Notes: generated from the letters alone by a model not told the origin. A stretch of 64,000 nt of DNA from Lingula anatina (GCA_051362555.1 CM120641.1:39190401-39254400); one strand, 5' to 3'. Shown: positions 50,521 through 64,000, numbered from the stretch's first letter. Numbers and translations are program-made.

Positions 50521-53500
50521 TTACACAGTTGATTGACATTCGGGCTCAGAAAAAAATAATTTTGATGTCGTTGTAACTATCGCAGGCGAACTCAGAACCT
50601 CTTCTTGAGTTGACGAATCTTGCTGCGTTGACTCCGATCCCGATCTGGTAATTTGCCGTCGCCGGAACGGGGCTTTTCGTAGCTTCATTGAACGCGGTCT
50701 GCCGTTGGGCCTCCCGTTGGGCCTCCCGTTGACACGGTGCGGAATATCAAACGGCCTCTTCGACCGCCATACATTGATAAGGCGGCGCAAAGCCGAAGAA
50801 GAATTTGTCGAAGATGATGAAGTCATGTCACCTGAACGAAATGACGATTGCCATGACTGCGAAGTTAAAGTGGAGCGCGTGCTTGACCTTAAGAAAACGT
50901 TGCGGCGACCTTTTGACGGACGAAGTCCTGGTCCAGTGATAGTTCTGTACAGTACTTTTGGAGGTTTGTGGTGAGCCCTTCTGTATCGAGACCTCCGAAA
51001 ACATGCTGCAAACATTAATTTGACTTGATGGCGAAATGCTTCTCCTGTTGCCACGTAAATGAAAAAGTTAATACAATAATTGATCTCAGTAACAAGTTCA
51101 ATTGGTGGGTAATATGTTTTCAAGCTAGCAAAAATACACGGTGAATGTGGATCTTTGGGGTCTAAACAGGACAAATATATGGTGACTATGGTCGGCGGTA
51201 AGTGCGTTATAATAAATGCAAATGATATACCGACTAGCATTAAAGTGGTTTTGTGCTTTTTAGTGTAAATTCTCATCAAGTGCCTCGTTCCACCCTCTTG
51301 CAGAAGCAAATTTTCTACTCTTTTTATCTTATGCAAAATCATAATATTACAAATGGTTATGATTCCTATTGGTAAGCAGTTTTCTAAAACCAAAAGATAC
51401 CAGTATGTGTGTAGGGTTTGGCTTAACTGAAGAAAGTTCTCCCCGTCTCCACAATACTCCTTGGGATCCCCTGTATTTTGTACGAATATAAGACGGAAAA
51501 CTTGGCTGTAACTCAGAATGACGATCAGTGATAACGTCACTGCCCATGTGACCAATCGTTGAGGACGGCAGCAGAGTAGGCGTTTAAATGGAAAGTACAC
51601 AGCAACAAACCTCTCAATCGTTATACAAACTATCAACCACGACGACATCAGGAAGCAAAGGTGTTCGGTGAATTTATAAACTTTACAGCCGCCATCTGTA
51701 AAATGTTTGTACAAGCTTCCGTGTGCGCCAAATAAAACGAAACACATGGAGTCAATTCGCCTTAGAAACTTAAAAAACAGCGACAGGGAATCGAAAATTG
51801 CCAACGAACACAGATAAAAACTGTAGCTTCGTTTTCGTAGCTGCTTTGTACGCATTACCAAGAAAGAAAGGGTATTCCCTATAAGTCCTACGATGAAAAT
51901 GGCGGTGGTTCCGATTTCTTCCAGCCACCAACCCCAGTAGACGAAGTGTAGCAGCTGTAACTCTGAAAAGATAAAACATATTGCCTTTTCAATCGATTGC
52001 TGCGTCCTTATCAATCAGCTGTAGATGCGCTATCCGATATATATCTGTTATTACTTCCTTAGATTGCTATGCTATGGAACTAAATGGTCTTTACCAAAGA
52101 CGTATAGGGTGTCGGTTTTCTTTTTTAGTTTTAAACACATCAACTGTCAAGTGTACGTGTGGCACTAATTAAAGGCAGGTCTATACTGAACGCGTTTGAA
52201 AATGTCACAAAGTCATATTTTTACGTCTTAACAATCTGCTAGGCTACTTATCTTTCCAAATCCGACCTTTAAAAAAATGATAAAACCCCTCAAACAAAAG
52301 CACCTGATGTCGATATTTCCAACTGAAACATTTGGAAAACACGGTGGTCTAAATGTCTCGGGGGTCATTTAAAACCAAATTGTTAATCAAAATAGTACAA
52401 AACATCCAATGACATCCAATGACTTTTTTTATTTTGACAGTATCTAAATCTGTGTCCCGGGCAGGACACCTTTAAAGGAGCCAATGTAAAAGAAAGAAAA
52501 TCAAACTGAAAATGGTTTATTAGCTAACCCAACTCACTAGCAAGTATTTTGGTAGTGCTCCACACTATGGCATAAAGCACACTAGTTGTACTTCATAATA
52601 ATAGAAAAGAGGGCGCTGCACAAAATGGTCTGTACTTTTAACCTTCGACTGACAGCATACCTACACTGTATGTTGAATTAGATACAAAACAGTCATAAAT
52701 ATCTTAAGTCAACTTTTCTTTGCATTTTTCTTTTTCAAAAAAAGAGATAGAGAGCCAAAGAATGAAAGGAAACTGTGTGTTTTAATTCTTTTTTTTCGTT
52801 CAATTTTCTTTACGTACACCAAACAGGCACATAAGAAAGCGCAAATGTATATTACAATAGATATCAGTTCGTGAAAGTGAAGTCTACAACGGTCTTTTTT
52901 TCTTTTTGCTTTAACCAAGCTCTCAATCAAAGTAATGTTAGACGGGATTCGTCTTTGACCCAAAATAAGGTTAACACAAACAAAACGGCCAGTAAGCTCC
53001 TCGCATTTCTCCTGTCGTACATTCTCACTTAAAAAACAACTTTGCTCTCTGATAAGATATTTCATCTATTGGCGTCTATCGACGGCATATCCATATGAAC
53101 TCATCGTAAAATGATATACCTAATATAGCTCCCGAGATATTTCTGATTTACTGTTCTCTTGAAACGTCATGAAAACGTAAACTAGCTATGAAGACATGTG
53201 GCTAATGTATTTGCTTTATGATATAAATGTTTTCAAACACTTCCGAAGGCTAAGCAGTGTGTGCACTGGAGCAACGAGGAAGTTTGAGTGAGATGTGAAT
53301 ATAGAAACGCAAAAAAAAAAAAACAGTCTGAAAAAATACGAGACTACTGCCAATTAATCACTTAGGGTTTAATATTTGAGAGTTTGCGTAATGGTGGATA
53401 ACAGCACAGCTTTGCCTTCTGATTAAACATTTATTTTATCACTATCCCAAATGCCGTTATCCCATGGATAAATCTAAAACTTTAGTACAGATAAATAACT

Positions 53501-53766
53501 ACATATTTGTTTCGTCAGTGACAATTTGGCAACAGGGATCATAAGAATCAATCATATTATACCATAGCAGTGTAAAGCTTTTAGAACCATATTGTCATTT
53601 TCTAAAAAATAAAAACATCAAAATAAAAATAAAATTATCAAAAATTATATATTACGAAAATACCTGTCCTATTCCCAGCACTCTCGTTGCCTACATCTGG
53701 CAAAACGCTCTGGTTGATGCTGAGTGGATCCATTTCACACCAACCGGACGCTGTAGCGGGATCCAT
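50521..53766 (-). CDS. Rhodopsin-class orphan GPCR of the FMRFamide/myosuppressin/sex-peptide receptor-like group, 2 coding exons, 514 aa
   Basis: Exon 53664-53766 encodes MDPATASGWCEMDPLSINQSVLPDVGNESAGNRT (three N-glycosylation sequons, in-frame stop upstream). It splices in phase 1 to 50521-51962. TM motifs GLIGN, YLCSLAIFD, C...SSWLIVCITIERFVAVYFP, FIITHLP, INYCINFFIY...FR. A probable non-coding exon donor lies at 54864. Confidence 0.92.
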
Positions 53767-56700
53767 GCCTAATTAGTCCTGGAAAATGTAATCACAAAAA
53801 TTTTAAGTGTCCGACTACGGGAGATAGTTTGCATTTGACACTGCAGCGAGTACCTAGTATAAAAAGTATAAAAATCCTTATATCTGTAAAGCAAAGATTT
53901 TGTCCAAAGCTTTCAAATCATCAGTGATTCTTGTATAAAGTAGCCTTCGGTCACCGATAACAATTCAGCCAGATCTTTCACCTGTGCAATTTAAACCTAT
54001 TTTTCGCGAGTGCTATTAGCTGTGTATTATCTCCTCCATCTTTTCTATTGTTTTATTCTTTTACAAATCTAGTCTACGGAACGCACTATTTTCATTATGG
54101 TAGCAGTCAAGATATTGTTGACAAAACACCAGGCAAATGCGTCAGAGAATTACCCTGAATCTAAATCTGTGTATAATGGAAAATCTCCTCTATGGAAAAT
54201 GTATGAGCGTTCTGAAAGGTGACGGAACGTGTATGAAAGGTAGAGGGGTGTTACTCGGGGTGCAGTGAATATGACCCTAACGAATGACAGTAGTGATTTC
54301 ACTTGCAGGTTTTACATTCAGTAATCTGCTGACTTTTTGGTTAGGTTGTTTACATTCTATATTTCGTCGAGAAGAAATTAAACAAAGCTTATCCGATTCT
54401 CAAACTGTTAATTTATGTTTGACAACCTAAGAAGGGATAGAAAGGTTGGGTCAGGCCTCAGTTTAACCATAATTGAATACGAATTGACTACTTTCTCTTT
54501 CTCGGTGTTTCTTGTGCATGCTTCGTTACCTTCAGCGTGTTTAAATGATTAACAGTAACCTAGTTCGACATTCTCGATTAAATTTCAGATTTAATTGCAT
54601 TAACAAACCCTAGAAAAAGTTTTGGTAGACTTTTTTCTTCCAGATATGCATTTGCCAAGACGTTTCTTATAAAGCATTTGCTTTCCTGCGCTGTGATACT
54701 CATGTCGCTGAACTGCTTCATACTTTCTCGATGGACAACATTTTTCAATAAAATCTAGTCTTGGATTTAGTTATCTAAATACGCTTCACAGTTCTCACCA
54801 AGGGTAACGTGGATATTGTGAAAAACACGAGATCTTTGGAAGGATAATTAACGGAAGACTCACCTGAAAATCACCGAGGGAAGGAGTCTTGATAGGCAAA
54901 TAATCGAAATAATGGCATGGCACTTTACCTGAAACCGAAGAGGTGAAAACAAGTTTGAACCACGTTCTAGTCATCAGACGCAGTTTGCGGCGGGAGGTCT
55001 GTAGTTGTACATCACGATAAACATGTCTCGGCACTTCGGTCAATTATGTCCTAAGGAATTCTGATCTTTTAAGATATCAGAACCAATTAATGCTTCGTAT
55101 ACCAAGCCAATTAAGCTGAAGTCTTTTTGCTACTTGGCAAAAACACAGTCGAACGCAGAAAATAAATATTTACTATTGAAGAAGATAGAGTTGTGTCAGA
55201 GAAACCGACCGTGCGAGTATTTTCATCAATTCTACTAGAACTGACACCGGCTTGTATATTTTAAAAGAAATGTGTTTAAACTTAGTAAGGTTTCACCAGG
55301 TGTGACCCCCAATCCCTTTACAATCTTGATTTTTTTCCAGTCTGTCACTTTATATTCTGTTACGGAACGGTGAACACTTATGAAAAAATATTGAGACAGT
55401 AAAACCGGGTGACTTCATAGGTGAATGTATCGTAATACATTATAAAATCACATGTTGTACAAATACAATCTGCATATTCACGTGATAAGATATAAATTCC
55501 ATTTTGACTTCTTATGCGTATGAAAGAGCTGGTTTTCGATTATCAAGTGGTATTATCTATAACGAGCAGTTCTTTAAATAAAGACGCCATCTTAGCTTCG
55601 TTTTTTTCCCCCACCATTTCACCTTGTTGTAATCTGGGATCTATTACCCAGTGTTCATTTGGGTCCACTTAAACAAAGCATTAGTGCCAGTTATAGAAAA
55701 TTATCAGCAAAAGAAGTTACCTTACGCACTAAAGCTCCGCTGCTCGGATTTAGAACCAGAAACTGGTTTGGGTGTGCTATCTGTCCGACACCGTCTTCCG
55801 CATGATTTCCTGGAGTATTCCTCACTCAACTCCCCATTGCCGTTCTCCTTTATCCTTGTTTGTCACGTGGACAATAGAACTTCAGGTCTCTAATCAAATC
55901 AGCGGATGTCTTAATTGTTTATTTGATTTAATATCCTATGGCTTGATAATCAGAGCACTATATATTGCAAATGTTGCCGTTTGTTGGATCAAGCACGCTG
56001 CCAAAGGTCCGTGTGGCTCTTGAGTGCTGCAAATTCCTAGTTTCTATTTGCCGTTGTGTTTAAGAAACAATCCTAGAGAAGTGGAAATTAAGCAGAAGCG
56101 TGTTTCGTGAAGTTTAAAGAAGTAATATTGGATATCCGATCAAGTACTTTTACAACAAGAAAGGACTGAATAGCATTTCTAAATGAAATCTCATTATGCT
56201 ACACTAAACATTGATATGCCACGAGGATATGTCTGTAAAAATACGCCAAAGATTACCGATCTCATCCATCCCAATGTCATTTATTGTCTTTTGGCATAGT
56301 CTAAATGACGCCCTTATCCCCAAGATTATCTAAGTCATTTTCTGGTCATGTAATTAAGCCTTATAGTGATATAAGAGATAACTTTTTCATGCACTCGATA
56401 CCGGAGAAACTAGTTGATTCAGTTAGTTTGGAATGAACTGAGAGTCGTCAATGCCTGTGTAACTTTTAATGAAAAATCTATTTTCTTTTGATCTTTTCGA
56501 CTTCGCTTAGGCACTCGTTCATTCTTTGTGGAAGGTAGCCTTTTGAACGACCAATCCTACGATGCAGGTATTTAAAACATGCAACAAAAATTAATAAAAA
56601 ATAAACAATTAGAATACCAATAGGTTTTTGGAAAGTCAAATTCGATATAAACACACAAAATAGTTTGTTTAAGAAAACTCCATTGAGAAGGTTTGGTATC

Positions 56701-57624
56701 TGCACGTCCTAACCAAGGTCGTCATCGCAGGGTTACTATTTGAGAAAAGCCAAGTGCCTCATACTATAAATACATCAGTAATTGGATCAATCTTACGGCA
56801 CTTCCATCTTCAAGCAATGAATTTTGATGTTTTGATTGCTCTTCGTAACAGTTTATATGGCATTCTTATAACGTCAGTTTCGTGAATAACTAGACTGCTT
56901 GTGCAGCTGTTTCAAGGAAACCTTAATGAAGCTTCGATTAAGAATTTTTGTAAATAACGTGCAACGGATATAGTTGTCTACTATAAATGTCTAAATTAAT
57001 TTCAGTCACCCGAACAAAATGAAAGAAATAGGAAGAGAGAACTGTGCACACGGTTTTCAAATGGAACATATTTGCAATGAAGTTTTATTTATGTACCTTT
57101 GTTATCCATGGTTTCAGAAAAGCACATGGATTTCTATACATCTATAGGCCTACTTACAAACCAATACTACAGGTGTGTAAACTAATTACATTTGAAAACG
57201 AAAACCATATTCCCATAGTTGGATGGAATATAAACTATGTACTTCGTTTATCTAAAAGCTGACAGAGAGTCCAATATAAAAAGTAGCAAATGAAATATTT
57301 ACAATTATTTACAACGAATGTGGGTATAGAAGTTGCATATATCTATCCGATATCCACTGATAATCGGTCCGTTTGAAGTCTCCTCTTCTCGTTCTTTAAG
57401 CTTTTTTCTTTTTATTGCATTTTTGTTAATTGTACTCAAAGTTTCTATAAAGCCTCTTGGATTAAATTGATGAGATATAGGTATCTACGTGACCAGAACG
57501 ACCACTGTAAGTCATTTGATAAACATCGTCATGAAAAACGTTTTCTCCGTGCAATCTGGCGATCCTTTGTCACGATACAAAAACAGAGAGAACCTTAACT
57601 CATACTTGGCACTGGAGCATGATA

Positions 57625-59173
57625 TTATAATTTCTTGTGTATCAAAATCACCAATATGATTGAAAACAATAAAACAACACTATTCAGTGACAGTCTGCTG
57701 GAGCCGTTACAGCCGTTCCGGTCGTTACAGTAACAGATTTCTTGAAATATGCCGTTATCATGGTACGACCATCGACATCCCGAAGCAACACCTGGAAAAA
57801 ATTCATAAATTGAAGTTATTTTCATTCAAATATTGCACGATGGTTGAACAGGAGATATAAAGCAATCGATAGAATTACAAATGTATTGGGTGGTTGGTTT
57901 TCTTTTTTTTTTTTTTTTTTTTTGCGGATCTATTAGTATAGGATGAATTCTAACGTTTTCAATAAGTTAGCAAGCTTAAACTTACCAACTTCAGATCTAG
58001 ATCCACATCTTCGCGTAATCTTTGTCCAGGAGTGCCCTGAAATAAACACCGAATTGCTACAGTCACACCTAACACAATGCGATAAATGCAACGATCCATT
58101 TCCAGTCAACAAACACACCGGGTTGTTAGCTTTTGTGGCAGCACATATCATTTTGAGTAAATGAAAAAAATAGTGAAATAGAGGTACTTGTTTTTTTTAA
58201 AGTGGATTAAGGAAATAAATACAATAAATAAACACTTTCTTAAAGCTACATTTAGCAAAAAAAAAAAAGAAGCTCGGTCTATCCACATCTTGAAATCATA
58301 CACTTACACCCTGGGCTTTCTTGTACAACTTTCATACAAAAAGACCCCGGCACATTAGCTTCAAAACTTCCACAGTCCACTAAAGCGTTGATGGTTGGGT
58401 CGAAGTACTGGTCAGACGGACAAGAGCCATCTTCATTGCTATCACACTGGTAACATTGGATTGCCTCACCTGGAAAATAGCAATTTTTACAGTCTTATTT
58501 AATACCTGTTTGTCAATTTATATAAAGTTTTTTCAATTCGTGTTCATTTATCAGGATATACTTTGTATTATGTTGTTAAAGCAATCGAAGTGGTTTCAAT
58601 GACACGTTTAAATTTTGCCTGATAGGCTCATATTTAAATCGGTTTCTCAGTGTTTTATTTCCCCTGGCATACAGGCACGTGTTAAAACAGTCCTTGGACA
58701 TAATTCGTTATTATGTCCAAGAATAGTCATTGCACACGAGGGAAATTAAAAGTATCCAGCGACCAAGTACAGATTTTCTATTACTAGTAGAATGGCACAC
58801 AAGTTAGTTCAACTGCCTGCCTGTGACCCTCAAAGTGTCCTTGTGCGTACACGAAAGAGGTACAAAATCCTTTCATATATCACTAATGAAGATATAAGAC
58901 AAATACCTGTACAGACTAAAATATGTTCACATGTACTGTGCCCAACATACATACTAGTATAAGCTTTTTAAAAATAGTTTTAATGGTAATTTAAGAGACA
59001 TGTAGGCCCCTACAGTGCCAATCTGACCAGCACAGGTGTCGCCGTAGTTTCACTCAGAGTTATACTAGTTAGATTAAGTCTACTGTGTTTGATCAAAGGT
59101 AGAAATCAAATATGAAATACTCACCCAGTCCAAGAATGGCTAATAATATAGAAACTTGGAGTAAAATGTCCAT
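57625..59173 (-). CDS. Ly6/uPAR (three-finger, quiver/sleepless-like) GPI-anchored protein, 4 exons, 142 aa
   Basis: Exons 59125-59173, 58308-58469, 57986-58036, 57625-57791 (429 nt, all introns phase 1). Signal peptide MDILLQVSILLAILGLGEA, then IQCYQC...CMK...RRC...ICYCNDRNGCN (10 Cys) and a hydrophobic C-terminus. Confidence 0.92.
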
Positions 59174-60138
59174 TTTGAAGCCAGGGGGTTGTTATATCAA
59201 TTATACTTGCCCCCCGATTCAGCCGTTGTAGGGCAGTAATGGCGGCTCAGGTGTATGAAATGTAAAGAATGTCTACCTGAGAGGGGTGACGAGTTGACAC
59301 CCTAGAAGCAAAAACCCTCTTAAAGGACAGTTTCTCTACAATGTTTTGAATTTAAATTGAGCATATAATAAAAATTCTGTAGTGAATTCTTTTTCATTTA
59401 TTTTTTCGAAGAAATTGAAATGTTTTTCTGTGTCAACCTATCACCTTTCACCCCTTTGGTGACACACGTTGGTGGTATGACTCACCTGTTGTAAACATCA
59501 AGTCATGGCCGGTTCAAATGACAAATGCGCATGTGCGAGTTGGGGTTCTGAAGGGTTATCTTTGCTCACATTGTTGCATGTACATGGAGGATATGTTGAT
59601 TAATATTTGGACATGAGCAAAGCAAAAATGCAGGAATAAAGCTGATTAACTGGAAGGAAAGCACTGACAAATTTAAACTGATGGCAGTGCGATTCTATTT
59701 GGCTGTCATTTGTCGAGAGTGTTATTTTTTCCCCTAAAAATTGCAATTCACGATTTCCTAAAACGCAAGCTATGACAAACTAAAATCCGTTAAGCTAAAT
59801 ATATTCATCTCACGTGCTTAACGGGACATATTTTAATATTTATCGGCGCATTTCAATTTTTATAAAACGTTCGTAATTCAAAATGGAAAAAGATGCGAGT
59901 AATAGATTAAATTTATTGCTTACAGCACAAAAATCCTTACGTACATTTTATGCAGAGCTTATAAGTCATCATATAAACCAGATTACGCAAATTATAATGA
60001 CCAAAATGAGAAGAATCGTTATTAAACAGATAATTATTATCGAATAACTCAATAAAAACATTAGTAATAAATAATTAATATTTAGTAAAATACTGTCACA
60101 TGAGTAGCTATTTAAAAGGTAATATTAGTTGAACATCT

Positions 60139-61625
60139 TCAGAGACCTCTCAGAATTCCGGGCACATATTTTTGAATGACATACAAAACTGGAAAAGTCA
60201 AATAAGAAATATATGTCCTTGTGGCAGCATTACACCCGTCCTTGTTAACACAGTGGCAGTATTTGACTTTAATTCTGTACGTCCCAGTGCGCTCCTGACA
60301 CCACCGCCCCTCGTCGGCTCCGACCTCGCCCAACCTGGCACAGGATCGGATGTAACGGACGTCCCATTTACCTTGGTAATATGCTGCAAAGTTCAAACAT
60401 GCGTTATTAAAAATAGATAGAAAAATGGATGGAACATTTAAATTCTTGTTGACGTTGGTCATATGTTGTTTAGATAAGTTTATATCACCCTATGAATGTA
60501 AATGAAGAGTGGTTAGTTATTAGCGTGATTGATTAATCGATTAATTTTTTGCAAATATTGCGCAGAATGGCGGGTCGACGAAATTTCCCGTAATAGACTC
60601 GATATATAGGCCTAATTCAGTAAACAATCGTCGGAATATTTAGGATTATTCTTCATTTGCATTCACACAACTACTGACATGCATTTGTAGGCTTAGTCTA
60701 GTTAACACTTGTTCTATATACGCATTAAAGACAATTGCACTTTGGGTTATTAAAGAGACTAGGAACTGGACAGTGGCATCGTGAACAAACTAATCATGAT
60801 CACTTACTCTCTTGTACCAATTTTCGGCACATAAACTGATCTGGTTCACATGTATGCAGCTCGTAGGTTTGGTTGCTGAAAAAGTCAGCGCACCCCGGAT
60901 CGTTGTTGGAATTGCATTTGTAACACCGTATACTCAAGACTGAAAGTTGATGATATAAACTCAAATTTTATTACGCTGCTGTATCTAAATATCACTATAT
61001 TTCAATATGTAATTAAAAACAAAACCCCAACGGTTCATCTTTCTGTAAAAGATGTCAACCCTCTCTTGCTCTTTCATTTTGTTTCGTATGTATACGTATA
61101 CGTAATATTTACAGAATTTATTTATTCATGGAGATAATGCTTATTTACTGGCTCCAGTGATGTACTAAATTTCTGTAGATCCTTCCGTAATTTGAACCTC
61201 TCATACCAAACTATGAGATTTCGGACTTGACAAAAAGATTCGAGTCTAAATATCCTCTTCACGTACCAGTACCACATCTTACATAATTGTTATTAAACTA
61301 AACAATAATTCTTGGCAGCTATAGGCCAGTAATGGAGTTTAAGCACGACCTGTCTTTCTCCCCTGTCGTAAGATGAGTTAACATGACATTCCTTCATGAT
61401 ATGCCTTCACAATGGGGCACGTGAACATTAAGCTGTTCTGTCGAAATTAAGTCGCACTTTGTTTGCCATTATGGCAACTGTATCTATCTATGCTATATCG
61501 TTTAGATAGTCACTTATTTCATATCCATATTTTTGTTTCAGTCATGTATATCTGATATCATAGTTACCTGCGTATATGTTTAAACAAAGCACAAGCACAA
61601 CTCCAACGATCACCTGAGTTCCCAT
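60139..61625 (-). CDS. crok: Ly6/uPAR-domain protein, crooked (crok)-like, 3 exons, 144 aa
   Basis: Exons 61568-61625, 60808-60939, 60139-60383 (435 nt, phase 1). Signal peptide, then IRCYKCNSNNDPGCAD...MCRKLVQ...RYIRSCARLGEVGADEGRWCQERTGTYRIKVKYCHCVNKDGCN. This matches the remembered crok pattern CRK...RSCA..GE.G...R.C..RTG.Y.I....C.C..KDGCN. The symbol is a recalled match, not a search result. Confidence 0.88.
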
Positions 61626-64000
61626 TCGGTTTGGCGTGTGGGGTGTCAAGGCCACAGAACGCTACTGGGGTCCCGATGACACACTTCTGTCTCAGTGATA
61701 AGATATTGCCAGGTAACTTATCAGGGTGCAGTCTGAAGATTAAGCTTACAAAGAAATGTATCTTTCGTGGTATTTTTCTACATTGCTGAACTTCAGAGAA
61801 AAGATTGAATTTTTGTTATTTTGTCACTCATGTAAAAAGATCTTGGACCGATCACACATGTATCAGGTAGTGTAAGATGGGGTCTAAGGAAAATCAAACA
61901 AAAAGCGGCCCATCCTATCACAGGTATTTCGAATTTTAAATCAGGCCAAAAACGGTGGTATAGTTGAGGAGATGAATGGTTTTTATTTCTAATACAGTAC
62001 TTTCTGTACCAGAGTTGAGTGCGTTTTGTATATGGTTTGAAAACGTTAAAATGAAACGCGTTACACAACTGTGCCAAATGGTTAGTCGCATCCTGGACTG
62101 ACCAAGTGCCAAGCTGAAAAAATTGAATCCATCCAGAAAAGAGTTTTAAAATACTGCATCTAAACACCGAGGCATTAGAAAAATAAACTCTGTTTCTTTA
62201 CAAACCAGACTCAACTATTTACGCATAAAATGTTACAAGCATGTGCATTGACTGAAGCATTTATTAATAAAAAGTTAAAAACCATCCGCATTCTCTGAGA
62301 CACTCTAGGAACTTGTATACCCCAAGGTTTAGAACTGTTAGATCTGCAAAGATTTTTACCCCATGGGTCCTCAGAAATTTTAATGTACAATGTAATGCAT
62401 TTTAAAGAAGCTGATTGATGTGATATTTTGATAAATGATCCTTTTATGTGAATGAACTATTTTCTAGAAACTGATTTATTTAATATTGTAATATTAATTG
62501 AATTCTTTTATGGTAAAGAACTATTTAAAAGAAGCAACTTTGATTTAATATCATAACCAATGACGTTTTCTTTTCCGTTTTCATGTCATGTGTTTTAGCA
62601 CCTGTATCACTATTTTCTTAATTACATGTAAAATCTAAAATTTAGTCGCAAAATTAAATATTATTATAATTATCATCATTATTATAGTTCCGCGAAGGAA
62701 TTATTTAGAAAGAGCGCTCAGAACTCGTTTCACGATGTACTTCTCACGTTACACCAGGCGATTAAATCGAATACTTTTGTCTTAGTCATAAAATTTGAAC
62801 GTGCAAGAATAGAAAATGTAGTAGAAGGGCCAGTACCATGATTCAAAGTTCAAAAGGAGTCTACACTGTAATTCAGATTTAAATGATGATCGCGAGGTCT
62901 GCTCATATGCATTTTAAGTGAAAAAAAAACGAAACAAACGCACACGGAAAGTTATTTTTTTATTGCTATTCAGCTCGGCTTTACAATTTAATTAGTGGTA
63001 AGAAGAAACACAAATGAATTCTTTATCCACATTATTATGTTATTTTACAAAAATCCATGTTATCGTAAATTTTGCACAAAGCAGAAATGCTACATAACGT
63101 TTCGAAACTATTATGTATAAAAAGCTGATCTATGGTTGGAATACAATTAAAATTCCTTTGAATGAAAAATTATATTAACTTTTGTAATCAAACATTTTGG
63201 ATACGTAACCACTTTTAGATTTTTCACTAAGGGAGTGACATCTATCACAGGTAATATTTTCTAAGGTTGGACTATAGCCACCCCGTTTTTATGAATAAGT
63301 AAGCAACTACACAGCTGTTAACGTAACCTTCTAACTATCAGCTTCATGTTTTAATGTTACCTTTATTATTTTACATTAGAAAAATTCACTAAAAACTAAG
63401 GCATACTTCCGCTTGCGTTTTTATGTATCTTACAACGCTCGAAAGTTTGTTGCTAAAAAATCTAGAATGTCAAAAATGATTTTATAAAAGGCTTATCAGC
63501 CATGTAAGCACTTTTTGGATGTCTCTTACGATGACCTTTTCCAAGTAATATCCAGTTTTGATTTATATTTACATGTACCCTTGCAAAATGTCACAAATCT
63601 TTCACAAAACAAACGTTCTTGAGACGGTGAGAGATATAGACCGTATATGAATCCTATATATACAAATATTGTCTTCGAAGGTCAAGATCTTAACTCCTCA
63701 TAGGTATATTATACAAATGTACGTGGAAGAGTTGCAGGAGAGATCTGTGATTTATAAAGTCCCTGAAATGTTACATTATCAACAAACATTACAATATATA
63801 AGAAAACATGAAATAAAGAATGGGTTATGTTTTTGTTTTTTTTTTTTTTTTTTTTTCATAATCTACACGCCTCAAATGCCACGCGGAAAAATGCAGTGGT
63901 GTTATACACCTATATGTAATAATCCTGAACAGACAAAGCAAGCGTAGAAAAAAATAGTCAGACATTATTTGCTCCAAACCTTTCACTATCAGAAACAAAA

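Noticed and set aside
51963-52014. ORF-track N-terminus of the GPCR (MIRTQQSIEKAICFIFS)
   Set aside because: It starts at TTG and runs through a polypyrimidine tract and acceptor (ttttatcttttcag). The upstream exon 53664-53766 supplies a proper ATG and a glycosylated N-terminus.
50705-52172. Antisense and alternate-frame ORFs over the GPCR (likewise those over the CDS, MCU, SAMD8, VDAC and Ly6 exons)
   Set aside because: They are shadow ORFs of real coding exons.

Overview
AT-rich, intron-containing metazoan genomic DNA, most likely from a lophotrochozoan invertebrate such as a mollusc (inferred from gene families and repeat types). I rebuilt eight spliced genes by hand from GT-AG sites and intron phases. 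The left part (~3.4-41.5 kb, visibly CpG-poor) holds four housekeeping genes in two head-to-head pairs: CDP-diacylglycerol synthase (-) with MCU (+), and SAMD8/SMSr (-) with VDAC (+). All four act at the ER-mitochondria lipid/Ca2+ interface. The right part (CpG-retaining) holds four minus-strand genes. One is a 3-exon, 131-aa secreted peptide-precursor-like gene that the ORF track misses. Next to it is an FMRFamide/sex-peptide-receptor-family orphan GPCR, followed by two GPI-type Ly6/uPAR three-finger genes, one crooked-like. The best candidate for an undescribed system is the precursor plus GPCR pair. Repeats include Harbinger-, Kolobok- and hAT-type MITEs and a Helentron-like element carrying a ~146-bp tandem array with perfect DR1 motifs. 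No database searches were run; homology calls rest on recognised motifs.
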